Shown piece by piece: positions 25,981-37,790 of a stretch of DNA of 64,000 nt. Both the position numbers and the translations under genes were made by a program. The notes under the pieces were generated by a model. That model saw nothing but the letters and a program-made list of their open reading frames with translations, did not search any database and was not told the DNA's origin. Positions within the stretch are counted from its first letter, which is position 1, and each line of letters starts with the position of its first letter. Source of the stretch: Pelomyxa schiedti (Eukaryota > Protista > Evosea); assembly GCA_020536535.1 (NCBI GenBank), contig JAHLWZ010000423.1, forward strand, positions 186,001 to 250,000, in the 5' to 3' direction.

Positions 25981-28900
25981 ATGAAGAGGCCGCGAGACGA
26001 AGAAGGCCCCAATGGTCGCGTCTTGAGCGACGGTAGGGAAATGACACTATTCCCCTGCGCATTGTGCTTTCCACTTATTTCGCATTGGCGCAGCATAAAA
26101 TCTAACAAAACACTCAAGATAGCGGACCCGACGACACTGACCTGGCCGACGATATCCAATATGCACAACCGCCTGCCTCTACTCAGCAACAAACCGCATC
26201 TACATCCACAAAATTCTTCGCGAGATCCACCCAGAAATCAGTAGCCACAAGACCGGGTGATGGTCAACCTACTCCCAAACGCCCCCGCAATGTCACGGCG
26301 AGTGGTGCTGGTGGCGGAGCTGGAAGGGGAGCGGGCAGGGGACGTCGCTCTTCCAAGCCGGGTGCTGCCGTGCAAATTACTCCACAACTTGGGGATAGCT
26401 CGCAGCCTTCTCAGTCACAATCCCAGTCTTCTGTTCCTGAACACGTTCGCGCCATGTATCGCGTTGCAAATCCACCAGATATTGAAGCTTGCAAGGTGGC
26501 GTGGGCGAGGCCTCCTGTCAAAATCACCACCAGGGATCCACTTGGTGTGCTGCTTTCACAAGTTCTAATCAAGATTTGCATTTGCCCTTCCTTGTGCATC
26601 AGGACTTACTCTACTGTTAGTATTCCAGAAACTAGAAATTGACTACACTGTGGGAGACCCAATAAAAGGAATGCCGGGCTCTCCTGTTAAGCCAGTTCCC
26701 ATCGTGAGAATGTTTGGTTGAACTAAGCCCTACATTTGGATTCAATCCTTATCTTTGGCTAGGTGTTAATGAAGCAGGAAACAGCATTCTTCTTAATGTC
26801 CATGGCTTTACACCATATTTTTACGTGAAAGCACCTCCTGGATTTCATGAGAACAGTTGTGCTGAATTCAGACATGCTTTCAATGTTTTTTCTTTCTGAA
26901 AGAAAAATGACAACAAAATTTTTACACGGATAAACAGGATGTTGCAAAGTCTTTCATGACAGGTGCTATGGCTCATCCACACAAAGATTACATCTTGGAT
27001 GTTAGGATCGAAAAGAAGCAGTCACTACTTTACTACCACAACAACATATTTGAAGATTTCTTAAGAATATCTTGCTCCCTTCCAAAACAAGTTCCACAGC
27101 TGCGATGTAAATTTTTTTTTTCCGCCAGGGAGTTGGGGAATCAGGCTTTAACTCATCATCTCTAGCATTATTAGAGAAAGGGGCCTTGTGGGGACGCAAT
27201 ATGCCTACCTATGAATCAGATATACTGTTTGTGCTTCGTTTTATGATTGATACCGGACTGAGCGGTTATTGCTGGGTCCGGATTGAGGCTGGGCATTGGG
27301 ATGTATGCTTCCACTTTCTTCTAATGCCTACTGAATGGAAATAGATACTGCCTCCAGATATGCGTACGTCCCATTGCCAAATAGAAGCTTTTTGCTCGTA
27401 TGTCGTTTTCTTTAGTTGAATAAGTGACGGGATTCCAGTGTGGAAGACATAAAAAACCTTGGTTTCGATAATGAATGGGCCAAAGTGGCACCTCTAAGGA
27501 TTTTAAGTTTTGGTGCTTCCTTTTGGTACTCTCAATTTTTTTATAACTCTGTGCAGATATTGAGTGTGCTGGCAGAAAAGGACTTTTCCCTGATGCTGCT
27601 CATGACCCTGTCATTCAAATAGCCAACATGATAACCCTTCAAGGTTTGTAGCTGTACCATAGGGCTTCTGTTCACATTCTTAGGTGATACAAAACCCATT
27701 ATCAAGAACATCATGACTCTGCGGAACACCTCTAGTATTGTGGGAGCCGAGGTCCTCAGTTTTAACCAGGAAGAAGCAATGTTATCTGCTTGGCAACAAT
27801 TCTTGATTTCTGTATCTCTCTCAATATCGTTTGCCGAAGTGATGCTTCCTGCAGGCCGATCCTGATATTTTGACTGGCTACAACATTGTTAACTTTGATA
27901 TTCCCTACTTGCTAGATCGTTGCAAGACAATTCTCCCAAGAGGACCACCAATCAAGTGGAGCAAAATCAAAGTAGTAATTTAAATCTTGTTGTGGTTAAC
28001 AAGTACCCAGACTTCGAGAGTTCAGTGTGAGAATGCATCATTTAAGTCAAAAGCACTAGGAAGGCGAGAATCAAAGGAAATCTGTGTGTTCAATATTTGT
28101 TCTGAGTTCTTTTAACTTCAAAAGCTGTTGATGGTCGAACTACTTTTGATATGCTGCAGGTATCCTCAGTAAAACTTCAAGGGTTCAACAAAAAACCTAA
28201 AACAGGTAATTCAAAGGGAGCACAAACTCCGCTCTTTTACTTTGAACTTTGTATCGGCAACTTTCTTGGGAGAGCAAAAGGAGGAAGTGCACCACTCGAA
28301 TATCACAGAGCTTTTTGATGGATCTCCTGACGACCGACGCAGGCTTGCTGTGTACTGCCTTAAGGTTCGTTTGCTGTCATCAAGGAGTACTAACTTTCCT
28401 CTTCAGGATGCCTATCTTCCACAACGCCTCATGGACAATCTCATGTGCCTTACGAACTATATTGAAATGAGTCGTGTGGTTGGAGTTCCATTGTCTTATC
28501 TACTTGGAAGGGGGCAGGGTATTAAGGTCATGACCCAGATTTACAAGAAAGCAAATGCAGATAACCTTTTGGTGCCATTTGTGCAATCTGAGAAAAAAAA
28601 AGGTAATTATGCTCTTACCAACAACAAGTTATTAACTTTCCTATAGACGGAAAGGAAAAAGGTTTTCAGGGCGCTGATGTTCTCAAACCAGTTAAGGGTT
28701 ACCATGATACACCTGTCACAACTCTGGACTTTTCATCTCTATATCCCTCTATTATGATGTCGCATAACTTGTGTTACTCCACTTGGGTGCAGTCTGAGGA
28801 GGCTAAAAATGCCATGAAATTGACCCCAGATCAATATGAAGTAACTCCCCAAGGAGGTACATTCAGTGTACCATTTTCTTCTTTGACCTCTTTAGCTATG

Positions 28901-30832
28901 TTTATACGATCAACAGTGAGGCAAGGAGTGTTACCCAAGATTTTACAAGTTGAGCTTGAAACAACTTATTTCATTGAGGATAACTGTTTTCAGAGCCTTC
29001 TTCAGGCACGTGCACATGCAAAAGAGCTTCTTAGTAAAGAAACTGACCCTGGCAAGCGTGCTGTCTATGATGGAAGGCAACTTGCATTGAAGGTCAAAAG
29101 AAGAAAACTTGTACAAACGTTCACTGCAATATACCTCAGATTACTGCTAACTCTGTCTATGGGTTTACTGGAGCCCAACGAGGAAAGCTTCCTTGTACAG
29201 ACATTGCTGCTGGTGTGACTGCTTATGGTCGTGCAATGATTCTCCTAACCAAAAATGTTCGTTATTACAATGAAATTTTGGCTCATTAGTGCAGTTAATT
29301 GAAACAAAGTACTCTGGTTCACGTGTCATATACGGAGACACCGATTCAGGTTTGGCATATTTATTTTTTCTTTTCTTGACAGTGTCCTAGTCATGGTGAT
29401 TTTTGATACTAAGGATATTTCCGAAGCAATGCGATTGGGTATCTCTCCTATCCTCTTTTTCTCATTTATCCTCTTCCAGGAAAGGCAGCAGCAGATGTCA
29501 TCAGTGAGGAATTTCCCAAACCAGTTCGCCTGTTATTTGAGAAAGGTACAAATACAAAAAAATCCATCTCAACTGAAACAAAAAAAAGTGTACTATCCAT
29601 ACTTGCTCATTACCAAGAAACGGTACGCTGGCTTATTATGGACAGACCCCTCACAGCCTGGTAAGATAGACACAAAAGGTCTTGAGGTACGGTGTTCCTC
29701 TCAATTTCCGCATGTAACCACACCATGTAGTCCGTAAGGCGTGACAATTGTCCTCTTGTGAAGCACGTGATGACAACGTGTCTAGAAAAGATTTTAATCG
29801 AACGAAACATTCCCTCTTCTATCGAGTTCGTCAAGGGCATAATCAGCAATTTACTACAGAACAAACTGGACCTCAGTTTACTGGTTATTAGTAAAGCCTT
29901 GTCAAAGTCGAGTTCAGTTTGTTTCCTGACTATATTGTGAAATGCCCAACCTCACTTTCCAGGAATACGCAGCGAAACAGGCACACGTTGAATTAGCCCA
30001 AAAGTTACATGCAAGAGACTCTGGTACCTGACATTTTCTTTCGAATGTGGGTATTAAAACCTCTCTGTAGCCACTGCCCCAGGAGTTGGAGACAGAGTTC
30101 CATATGTAATTGTTAGTGCATTCAAAGGTATGCATTCCCCTACGTTCAAGCAAAAATAGAACGAAAACTAATTAACAATCCAAGGTTCTCGAGCATACGA
30201 AAAAGCTGAAGACCCTCTTTATGCTTTAGAGAAAAATTTACCTCTCGATTATGACTACTATATCCACCAACAATTAGAACTACCAGTCACCAGAATTTTC
30301 AAAAATCTATTACAAGATCCGTCCTCGCTCTTTAGTATGTAGGATTCAATGCTTTACAGTGCTAAGAAAACAAAGAGGGAGAGCACACACGAACAAGGAT
30401 TATTACGACTCCCGTTGCAGAAGTTGGAGGCATCTTGGGTTTTGCCAAAAAAGTACAGTGCTGTGTGGGTTGCAGGTATGCTGATATTTGATAATAACAT
30501 GAGTTTTACTCTCTGGCAGAGCTCTACTCCCATCTAGTGACTCAGCTGCACTATGCACAACATGTGAGACTAAACGAGTCAGTCTCTACAGTAAGCAAGT
30601 AATGACCGTGCGGGAACTGGAGCAGAAATACTGCCGTGTCTGGACACAATGCCAACACTGTATGGGTAGCATGCATCAGCCTATCATATGTGCCAAGTAC
30701 TCTACTCCTTAACCATAAACACTCCTAACGCACATTCCCAGCCGCGACTGTCCCATTTTCTACATGAGGACCAAGGTAAAGAAAGACCTCCAGGAAGCTC
30801 AAGACACCCTTCAACGATTTGACGATTGGTGA
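25981..30832 (+). CDS. POLD1: DNA polymerase delta catalytic subunit
   Basis: Exonuclease motifs PLRILSFDIEC and [12 protein letters not shown]. Polymerase motifs [48 protein letters not shown]-terminal CysA/CysB motifs. Stop TGA at 30830-30832. Confidence 0.98.
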
Positions 30833-30930
30833 TGGAAAATTCCACCAGCCGGGAAAGCTCCTGCCTTTTTAAAACCCAATGGCCCATCCGCCCTTTGTGC
30901 CCACCAAACAACAACCAAAAAAAAGTCCCC

Positions 30931-32939
30931 ATGGACTTGACAAACGACAACTACTACGAAAAGTTGTTTGAGGGCGAATCAACAACATGGCTTGTTGAAG
31001 AAACATCACTCGTGTGGGCCTTACACAGAACATTCGAAGGAAACCTATGCATCAAGCCCACAACTGGTTCTGTGCGTCCCCTTTGTTTTTTTCGACTCTG
31101 GCAAATGGTGTTTCGTTCTCGTGCGTTGTTGTGTTTGTACTCCTGCGCTCCTTGAGTTAAATGTGATGAATTCGGCAGACATTGGTGCTCAATGCCAAGA
31201 CTGGGCAGGCATGTTTAAAATTGTTTGTGCCAACAACATTTGTTTCAGCTGAGCGCATGATTTCTCTTGCAAAGTGGAAAGCTGCTGAGGAGGTTGCAAC
31301 GTTGATACGGGCACTGCCTAGTGAGGAGCGTCCCACATCTATTTTTACTGCACATAAATGCATTGTTGACCCCTTGTCTGTACACATGTTGGATTTCCCT
31401 GGTATGGGAATTCCTTCCTAAAGTGTGAAAAAAGCCCTTTTTATTTGACTTGAATATTTCAAGATATCTCTATTGCATACTCTCGGGCCTATTTCCCCTT
31501 CAGAGCGATCATGAAAATTACCAAAATTCATGAGGATGTAGTCCGCTCCTATGACCCTAGGCTTAATGTCTACAATGTATACGATGATTGGCTTAAGACT
31601 ACCTCACCTCACTCTGCCTTCTTACGGCTTCTCTTGCTTTTGCGTTCAATTCTTGTAGATTATGACCAAGTCAAAGCAATACTTTGCAGCACGAATGCGG
31701 AAACCCTTCCAAATCACATTTGGCCAAGCATGAGCCAGTCTGCATGGATTGAAGTCGAAGCCCGACTGAAGGAGATTGTAATAAACAGGTGGCAGGCAAA
31801 CAATCCTCAACAACTCTCACCAACAGAATCGCAGCTAGGAAGCATTATTTTGGGAACACTGGTATTCATTCTCCTTATTATACCCACCATCTCACTTAGT
31901 TAGCACCCACATCCTGAGATACAAACAAATGTTGACTGGAGAGCACGGGCAATCGAAGCAACAGAATTATCTTCAAATGCTAATAATATATCCCTCTCAC
32001 AGTCAGAGGTGTCAGGGACTGTCACTTACGTAATTCCTGAAAACTTGATAAAGAAATTCGTAAGTCCGGACCACCCAATTCCATGCCTCACAATAATTAG
32101 ATATGCATTGCCGATGTTCACAGTCAAGTTGGTGGCATTTTATACGGGTACTCACCAACTTCCTCTGTGAGAGAAGTACGTTGCATTGTGATTCCCCCTC
32201 AGGTTGAGCTCTTTTCCAAACTGTGCACTCTAATAGTAGAAACAGTGTGGCTGTTCCTCAACAGTATCATTTGCCCGGCTGCAGTCTCACAGCCTCCTAC
32301 GCGAAATGGGGTTGCTTGGCTGGATACACACACAAACAAATCACTCTACTCACGTATCACCACACACTCTAGTAAGCTACGCCAAACTGGCAGAAGAAAA
32401 CGGATTCAACAATCTGAACATCATCACCAACATGCTCACCATAACTTGCTCTATTGTTTCCGGTGGTTGCTTGCTTCTTGCACACTCACCAACTCTCCCT
32501 GGCGTTGAATGGGGACTTACACAAGCAAAATCTTGCAGTGCAACCTGTGGTCTACCCTGTGAAGAATTCAGCCCCTCGTTCTACACCGAGAAGAAACTTG
32601 TAGTAGAAAGCAGCTTCATGGGCTTTTGTGTGTCACTTGTTCTTCTTTACCCTGACTGATTTCGTTGTTTCAGACCTCGTTCCCGACCAGATTCCATGGA
32701 ACTTCAACTTCATGCCAGATAAGTTCAACCTGGCCCTCGACTACACCCTGACAAACCAAAACCCTAAGGATTTCTATCACGAAACCCACCGTCCCATGCA
32801 CTTTTCCCAGTCGAATGGTGACGAGCCATCATCAACAAACACAACATGCACTACAACCAGTGCATCCACTACGTTCTCAACAACATCTGGCAACGAGGAA
32901 GCCTCAGCAGAAGATCTGTCTGAAGACCTCTTCTCTTAG
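30931..32939 (+). CDS. Stand-alone divergent Prp8 C-terminal protein (RNase H-like domain + Jab1/MPN + PROCT tail), ~550 aa, 7 exons
   Basis: HRTFEGNL..KP..G, LAKWKAAEEVATLIRALP.EE.P, DPLSVHMLDFP, NVYDDWLKTTS..SAFLRLLLLLR, HIWP, WRARAI, KKFICIAD, EVRCIVIPPQ, LGWIHTQ, WNFNFM and PKDFYHETHRPMHF all match Prp8 from domain IV onward. Six GT-AG introns keep the frame open. Confidence 0.9.
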
Positions 32940-33006
32940 AAAATAAGCAAACAAAGAGAGAAATACTTTGTGTTTGGTACATTTTGTTCCTTCTGTCTTT
33001 GGCCAT

Positions 33007-35475
33007 TCAGAGGTAATCAACAGGGGATAGAGCCCTCAGACCGGCTACACGTAGTTCCCTGACTCCATTGGCTGAGAACACTCTTGCACTTGTGAAAGTC
33101 TCCAGGCAAAAAACAACCACCATGGTGTGATCAGGAATCGGTGTAGTTCGTTCAGTGCAGCGAAAATCAATAACAACCCAGTCTGTGAAGGGAAAGGCCG
33201 AGTAGGCATCAGATATGAATCTCTTCCTATGCTCCCTCATACCGGCATCTACTCGGAGATGTGCGAATATTACAGAATGAGCTTGTGATGGAGAGAAAGA
33301 AGGAAGAAGAAAGGAACCTGTTCCCTCGCGCAACACTTCAATCCCCCACCTCAGAGAAGTGGTATTGATAAGAAGGTCAATGTAGCCTGTTGCGGCAGCA
33401 CCGCCACAGCCAACGTTGGTGCTGACACTAACATTGGTGGGCAGAAGGCAAGACAGTGTGCGATATAACTCCACCAGGTAGCAACTTTCCAATGGGTACC
33501 CATCCTCTTTTTTTTATTAATCATTAGTGGCTGGTTTTAGGATAATTTCTAATTTTTTCTTACTTGAAGACTTAGATTGTGTATCTGCAAGTACTTTTGG
33601 GTCAAATTCGGCAATGGCATGATGGACTAATTCCCTAAGGCTTGGAGGTGTCACACGTGGTTCCAAATGACGAACGAGCAATTTCTTTTTGTCTGTTTGA
33701 ATTTTAGAGCAACATGCATGACAAGGATTCAGACATGCATATATTCTGAATCAAAGGAGATGAGAAAGCGTAAGCTCCATCATGAATATAAACGACTCCA
33801 ATTTTCACCATACGTCCCAGTACTGCGGGGTCTGCTGTGCGGGAAAAGGTGGATACAGGAGACGGGCTTATGACAAGTTCAGTTAATGTTGCTAGAAGGG
33901 AGTCTTTCTGGACAGAGCTCAGAGAAACGCCATCAAGAATGATCGGAATAGAACGAGAGGACTGGTAATGATTGTGCATTGAAACTGCACTGTTCTGAGT
34001 GATACTCTTGAATGCAATTGTCAACCTGAGTATACATAGTTCATCACCTTCTCGTCAGATACTTTGTCTTGAAATTCGTGGAAGAGGCGGAAGACAATTA
34101 AAGTGGAAAGACCAACATGGAGACCTGTAAATTGAGCAATGCACCGAATGACAGGGTCAGTTAACTGGAAGAGTCCTGCATTCCCAGTGTTCATAGCATG
34201 ACAATATTCAATAAATTCCTCCTGTAGAGAGGAGGTAGGTGGACGTTGGTGAGAAAGAGGCCATGTAGAGATAAGGAGATAACCTCACGAAAGGAGAGAA
34301 ACTCCGCACTTTTCTCACATCCCATAAAGTCGACAGGAGTGGAGCCCTTTGGGGCGTTCACTTTCCCATAGGATGCAAGCAAGATAATTCTATTTCTAGT
34401 TGCACTTCCTTTTGCAGCTTTAACAGTACACCAGAATGAGCTCTCCGGCTCATTGTACGCTTTCTGGGCCTATGGATTCTGAGGAAGGTTGTGATTGAGG
34501 GGAGAAGTTACTTCGTCTATAATTAACGCAAATGGTTCTTGGATATTGAAGAACTTTCCAATTGGCATGTTGGAATTGGACAGGAATTTATCAAGGGGTG
34601 TATCCGCTTTCCCAGCCAATGAAATGACAGACACCTGTGTATGGAAGGGAAATTTAAGGTGCTCACAACTCAGTCAGATGAGTCAGAGGCATGCCTTCCA
34701 GCCTTTATTATGGAGATAGGCTTCAAAAACGTCTCCCAGACTCGTTTTGCCCGAATACGGTGGTGCGCGAACCAAAACTACAGGCCTGTGCTCCATGAAA
34801 CTGTACAACTCTTGGCAAGTACTCTCACGGAATGTGAGGGGTGAAGCCGCGCCCAACCCGTCTGTCTGGAAAGTGATTGTGCACTTTTCAGTTGTTTTCG
34901 CTCTTGTCTTGATATCTTTCCTGGGAGAAATTGGAGCTGTAATGGAGACCAATGTTAGGTTTACAAGAGGTAACGGGATAGAAACCAGGTATAGAGCACT
35001 TCTCTGAAAGGCCAAGAGCTCTCAGTGCTCCTTGAACGCTGCCTACAAGTTCCAATTTTGAGATAACTTGTTCAGGATCCATTCCTGCTAAAAGAGCATC
35101 CACAGACTGAAAGGTTTCTTCCGAGAGAGTTTTCATCATGTCCAGTACGGTCTTTTTTAACCTATTGCTCTTCTCCATGGTCTCCCTAACTCTAAGCAGC
35201 TCTTCTTTAAGTTGCAGGGCCGTCTCCACTACACCACCTGCCAAACTGGGGTCCTTCTGGGCCCTCTGCGCTGCCGCAAAAGCACGATTGAGAAGAGTCA
35301 TCAAGATTAGAGACTCGGTGGTGATCAACGGTAGCATCCTCATAATGTCCAGATCGTGGGGCGGTTCCACAAATTCAAGCACGGCGCCGAGTTTCTCGCG
35401 AATTGGCACATTGGGCATGTACTGCTCGTTTGGGCGGTGCGATTGTAAGGGTACGCTACTAGCTGCTGTCGGCAT
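33007..35475 (-). CDS. Crinkler/RHS-type protein: helical N-terminal header + P-loop NTPase + PD-(D/E)XK restriction-endonuclease-fold domain
   Basis: Walker A VLVRAPPYSGKTSL and Walker B FALIIDE(AQ). C-terminal ESCYLVELYR...GYIDLLIN...WGIEVLREG...EHRKRF...DWVVIDFR is the typical CR-REase signature. Confidence 0.75.
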
Positions 35476-35836
35476 TGTCTGTGACCCGGATCTATTGGTT
35501 TACAATTGGATCAAAAAAGTGTGATCAAAAAAACTTCCTCCGAAATTGTGTTTTATGTGCTTGGTTACAAAAGAAGTTCTGTGGGCTTTCATTCTGTGGC
35601 AAACTGGAGAAATTGAGCAAGAAGGGGGTGACAGGGTGATGGTGTGTTTTGTTTCTTGACCTTTATTAATTATAAACCGATTTGTTACTTAATACTTGTT
35701 GTGTGTTCTTAGTTTAGTAGTAATAATGGAAAAAAGAGGAAGGTAACGAAGTTATTTTAAGATGCTAGTTATAAGGTGACATGGGTGTTGAGATTTCTGC
35801 CTGTATTTATGCATGTATTCAATATGGCCTCCCACC

Positions 35837-37555
35837 TTAGACATCCAGTACAGAGAGAACACAAAACAAACGAAAATAAAATATTGAGTTGTTGGTGGAT
35901 GTAGTTAGAATAAGTTGGGTAATGTGATAACATAAGGCGTCGCTTGTTATATGTACTGGAGAAATGAGGGACGGCATACCAGGATGAGGAGGGAGCACTC
36001 GTCCATGACGTAATACACCATTTACATCATATCTTGGAGGCTGTGCAATGGATGGCCGCAGTACGGCAGCTGCAGCTGCTGCCCGCAGATACGGCGGTAC
36101 ACCTGCTCCCTGGGGCATTACATTTGCAGGAGTTGAGAGCAACGATTGAGGCTGTGGTGGTGGTGGGATGGGAATGAAAGGCTTTGACCCAAGTGGAGCG
36201 GGAGGGAGTTTTGCCCTGGCGGCAGACACTGCCGCTAACGCAGGTGTGGGTGGTATAAATGGAAGGTTTCCTTGTGGGTGAGGGAGAAGTCGTGGGAAAG
36301 GAATTTGAGGGGACCCTAAAGGACTAGGAGGTGGAATTGATGGAATAAGCGGTGCTCCACGGCCTGGGGAAGGGGTAAGTGTGGGCAGGGAAAGAGTGGC
36401 AGTTGGCAGAGGCCCTCGCCCTGAGAGTGGAAATTTGCACTGCATTTGAAATGAACTGTTGTTGACAAGTCCTGGTGCATTACCCAGGAGAGGCAACAAT
36501 GACCATGATGGCATGGATCCGGCTTGTAGTAACTGTGCTGATGGCGATGTGAATGGTCTTATATGGTTGATTGGCCCAGGGAGAAGGGAAGAGGAGTTGG
36601 AGAGAAGTTGGAGTGTGTTGAGAGCCCCAGGTGGAGGGGGTAAAAACCTGGATGGTGGAGGGACTGGAATTGGAATGAGTGGTCTTTTTAGAGTGGAAGG
36701 AATAAGGGGTGGTTGCTGTGGAGATGGAATAAGTGGTGGGCTAGGGACCAATGAACCGCTTTTCAACTTTGAATTCAGTAGGGCACTTGGTTTTAGGGGA
36801 ATTGCTGGCTTTGATGAAGATACGAGTTGAAGTGGCTGCTGGCAAATTGGCAATGATTGAAGTGGGTTGAGCTTGGCAATTGGGAGAATTCTATTCGGTT
36901 CGTCTAGAATCCCTATCAAACAGTGAATGGGTGGTAGAGTGCAACTTAAAGTAAAGGTACACAGACCTAATTGAGGTTGTCTGAGAAGTAACGGTGATTG
37001 GGGCACCTGACTGTGGTCCTGGTACACCTGTTGCAGAAGAGGAGGGGCACAAAGAGGTACCATAGGCGAAACAGAGCCTTGCATGCGCTGCTGCCGCTGC
37101 CGCTGTTGTTGCAGAACATATTGCAATTCGCTTTGGTTATGCAACAACAGCTGCTGCCTATCCAACTCAGCGGCGGCGCTCAAATAGTCCTCCCACTGCT
37201 GCCACTGCGCCGCGTACTCCGATTCCCTCTGCTGCTGTTGCAATGCCGCGTTCGCCGCCACAACTGCTGCCGCCGCCGCCGCTGCTTCCGAGGTTTGAAT
37301 TTGCATTTGCATTTGCATTTGCTGTTGTCGCTGGTGCGGTGGTTGAGCGGCGGTCAAGATCTCGTCACGACGCTGCAGTAATGCCGCGGATTGTTTGTTT
37401 TGGTGGTGTTGCTGCTGCAGCTGTTCTAAGATCTCAGCGGGAATGTAGCTCGAGTGCTGGGCATCTACGTCGAGAAGTTGTTGGTAGTATGCGAGTATGG
37501 CTTCGTCGTATGTTTGTGCTTGTTGCTGTTGCTGGTACTCGTATGACCCCAGCAT
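35837..37555 (-). CDS. Hypothetical Gln-rich / Pro-rich low-complexity protein
   Basis: 572-codon ORF starting with ATG; poly-Q/A N-terminus and Pro-rich C-terminus. May contain in-frame introns. Confidence 0.6.
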   Translation of the reverse strand: MLGSYEYQQQQQAQTYDEAILAYYQQLLDVDAQHSSYIPAEILEQLQQQHHQNKQSAALLQRRDEILTAAQPPHQRQQQMQMQMQIQTSEAAAAAAAVVAANAALQQQQRESEYAAQWQQWEDYLSAAAELDRQQLLLHNQSELQYVLQQQRQRQQRMQGSVSPMVPLCAPPLLQQVYQDHSQVPQSPLLLRQPQLGLCTFTLSCTLPPIHCLIGILDEPNRILPIAKLNPLQSLPICQQPLQLVSSSKPAIPLKPSALLNSKLKSGSLVPSPPLIPSPQQPPLIPSTLKRPLIPIPVPPPSRFLPPPPGALNTLQLLSNSSSLLPGPINHIRPFTSPSAQLLQAGSMPSWSLLPLLGNAPGLVNNSSFQMQCKFPLSGRGPLPTATLSLPTLTPSPGRGAPLIPSIPPPSPLGSPQIPFPRLLPHPQGNLPFIPPTPALAAVSAARAKLPPAPLGSKPFIPIPPPPQPQSLLSTPANVMPQGAGVPPYLRAAAAAAVLRPSIAQPPRYDVNGVLRHGRVLPPHPGMPSLISPVHITSDALCYHITQLILTTSTNNSIFYFRLFCVLSVLDV

Positions 37556-37790
37556 CGACTTTGGTTATTTTATTTGTTCTTTTGGGTTGGAGAACAGGAA
37601 CTGGGTGTTTGTGGCGTCTTCAGTGTTGGACTGCATCGGAGGACAAAGAAAGGGGGCACAGTCTAGAAGGCATTGACTGAGGGTCCTTCCCAGAGTTGGT
37701 ACAGATTCGTATCTATTAGTGTTTGTTTCTCGTCTTTTTTTTTTTTTCCCTTCGTCATTCCGGGTGTTGACCTCACTACAACAAAGGACG

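Noticed and set aside
28160-28205. POLD1 intron with a U12-like donor GTATCCTC
   Set aside because: It deviates from GTATCCTT and has no clear TCCTTAAC branch site. Donors here are so degenerate that a chance match is likely.
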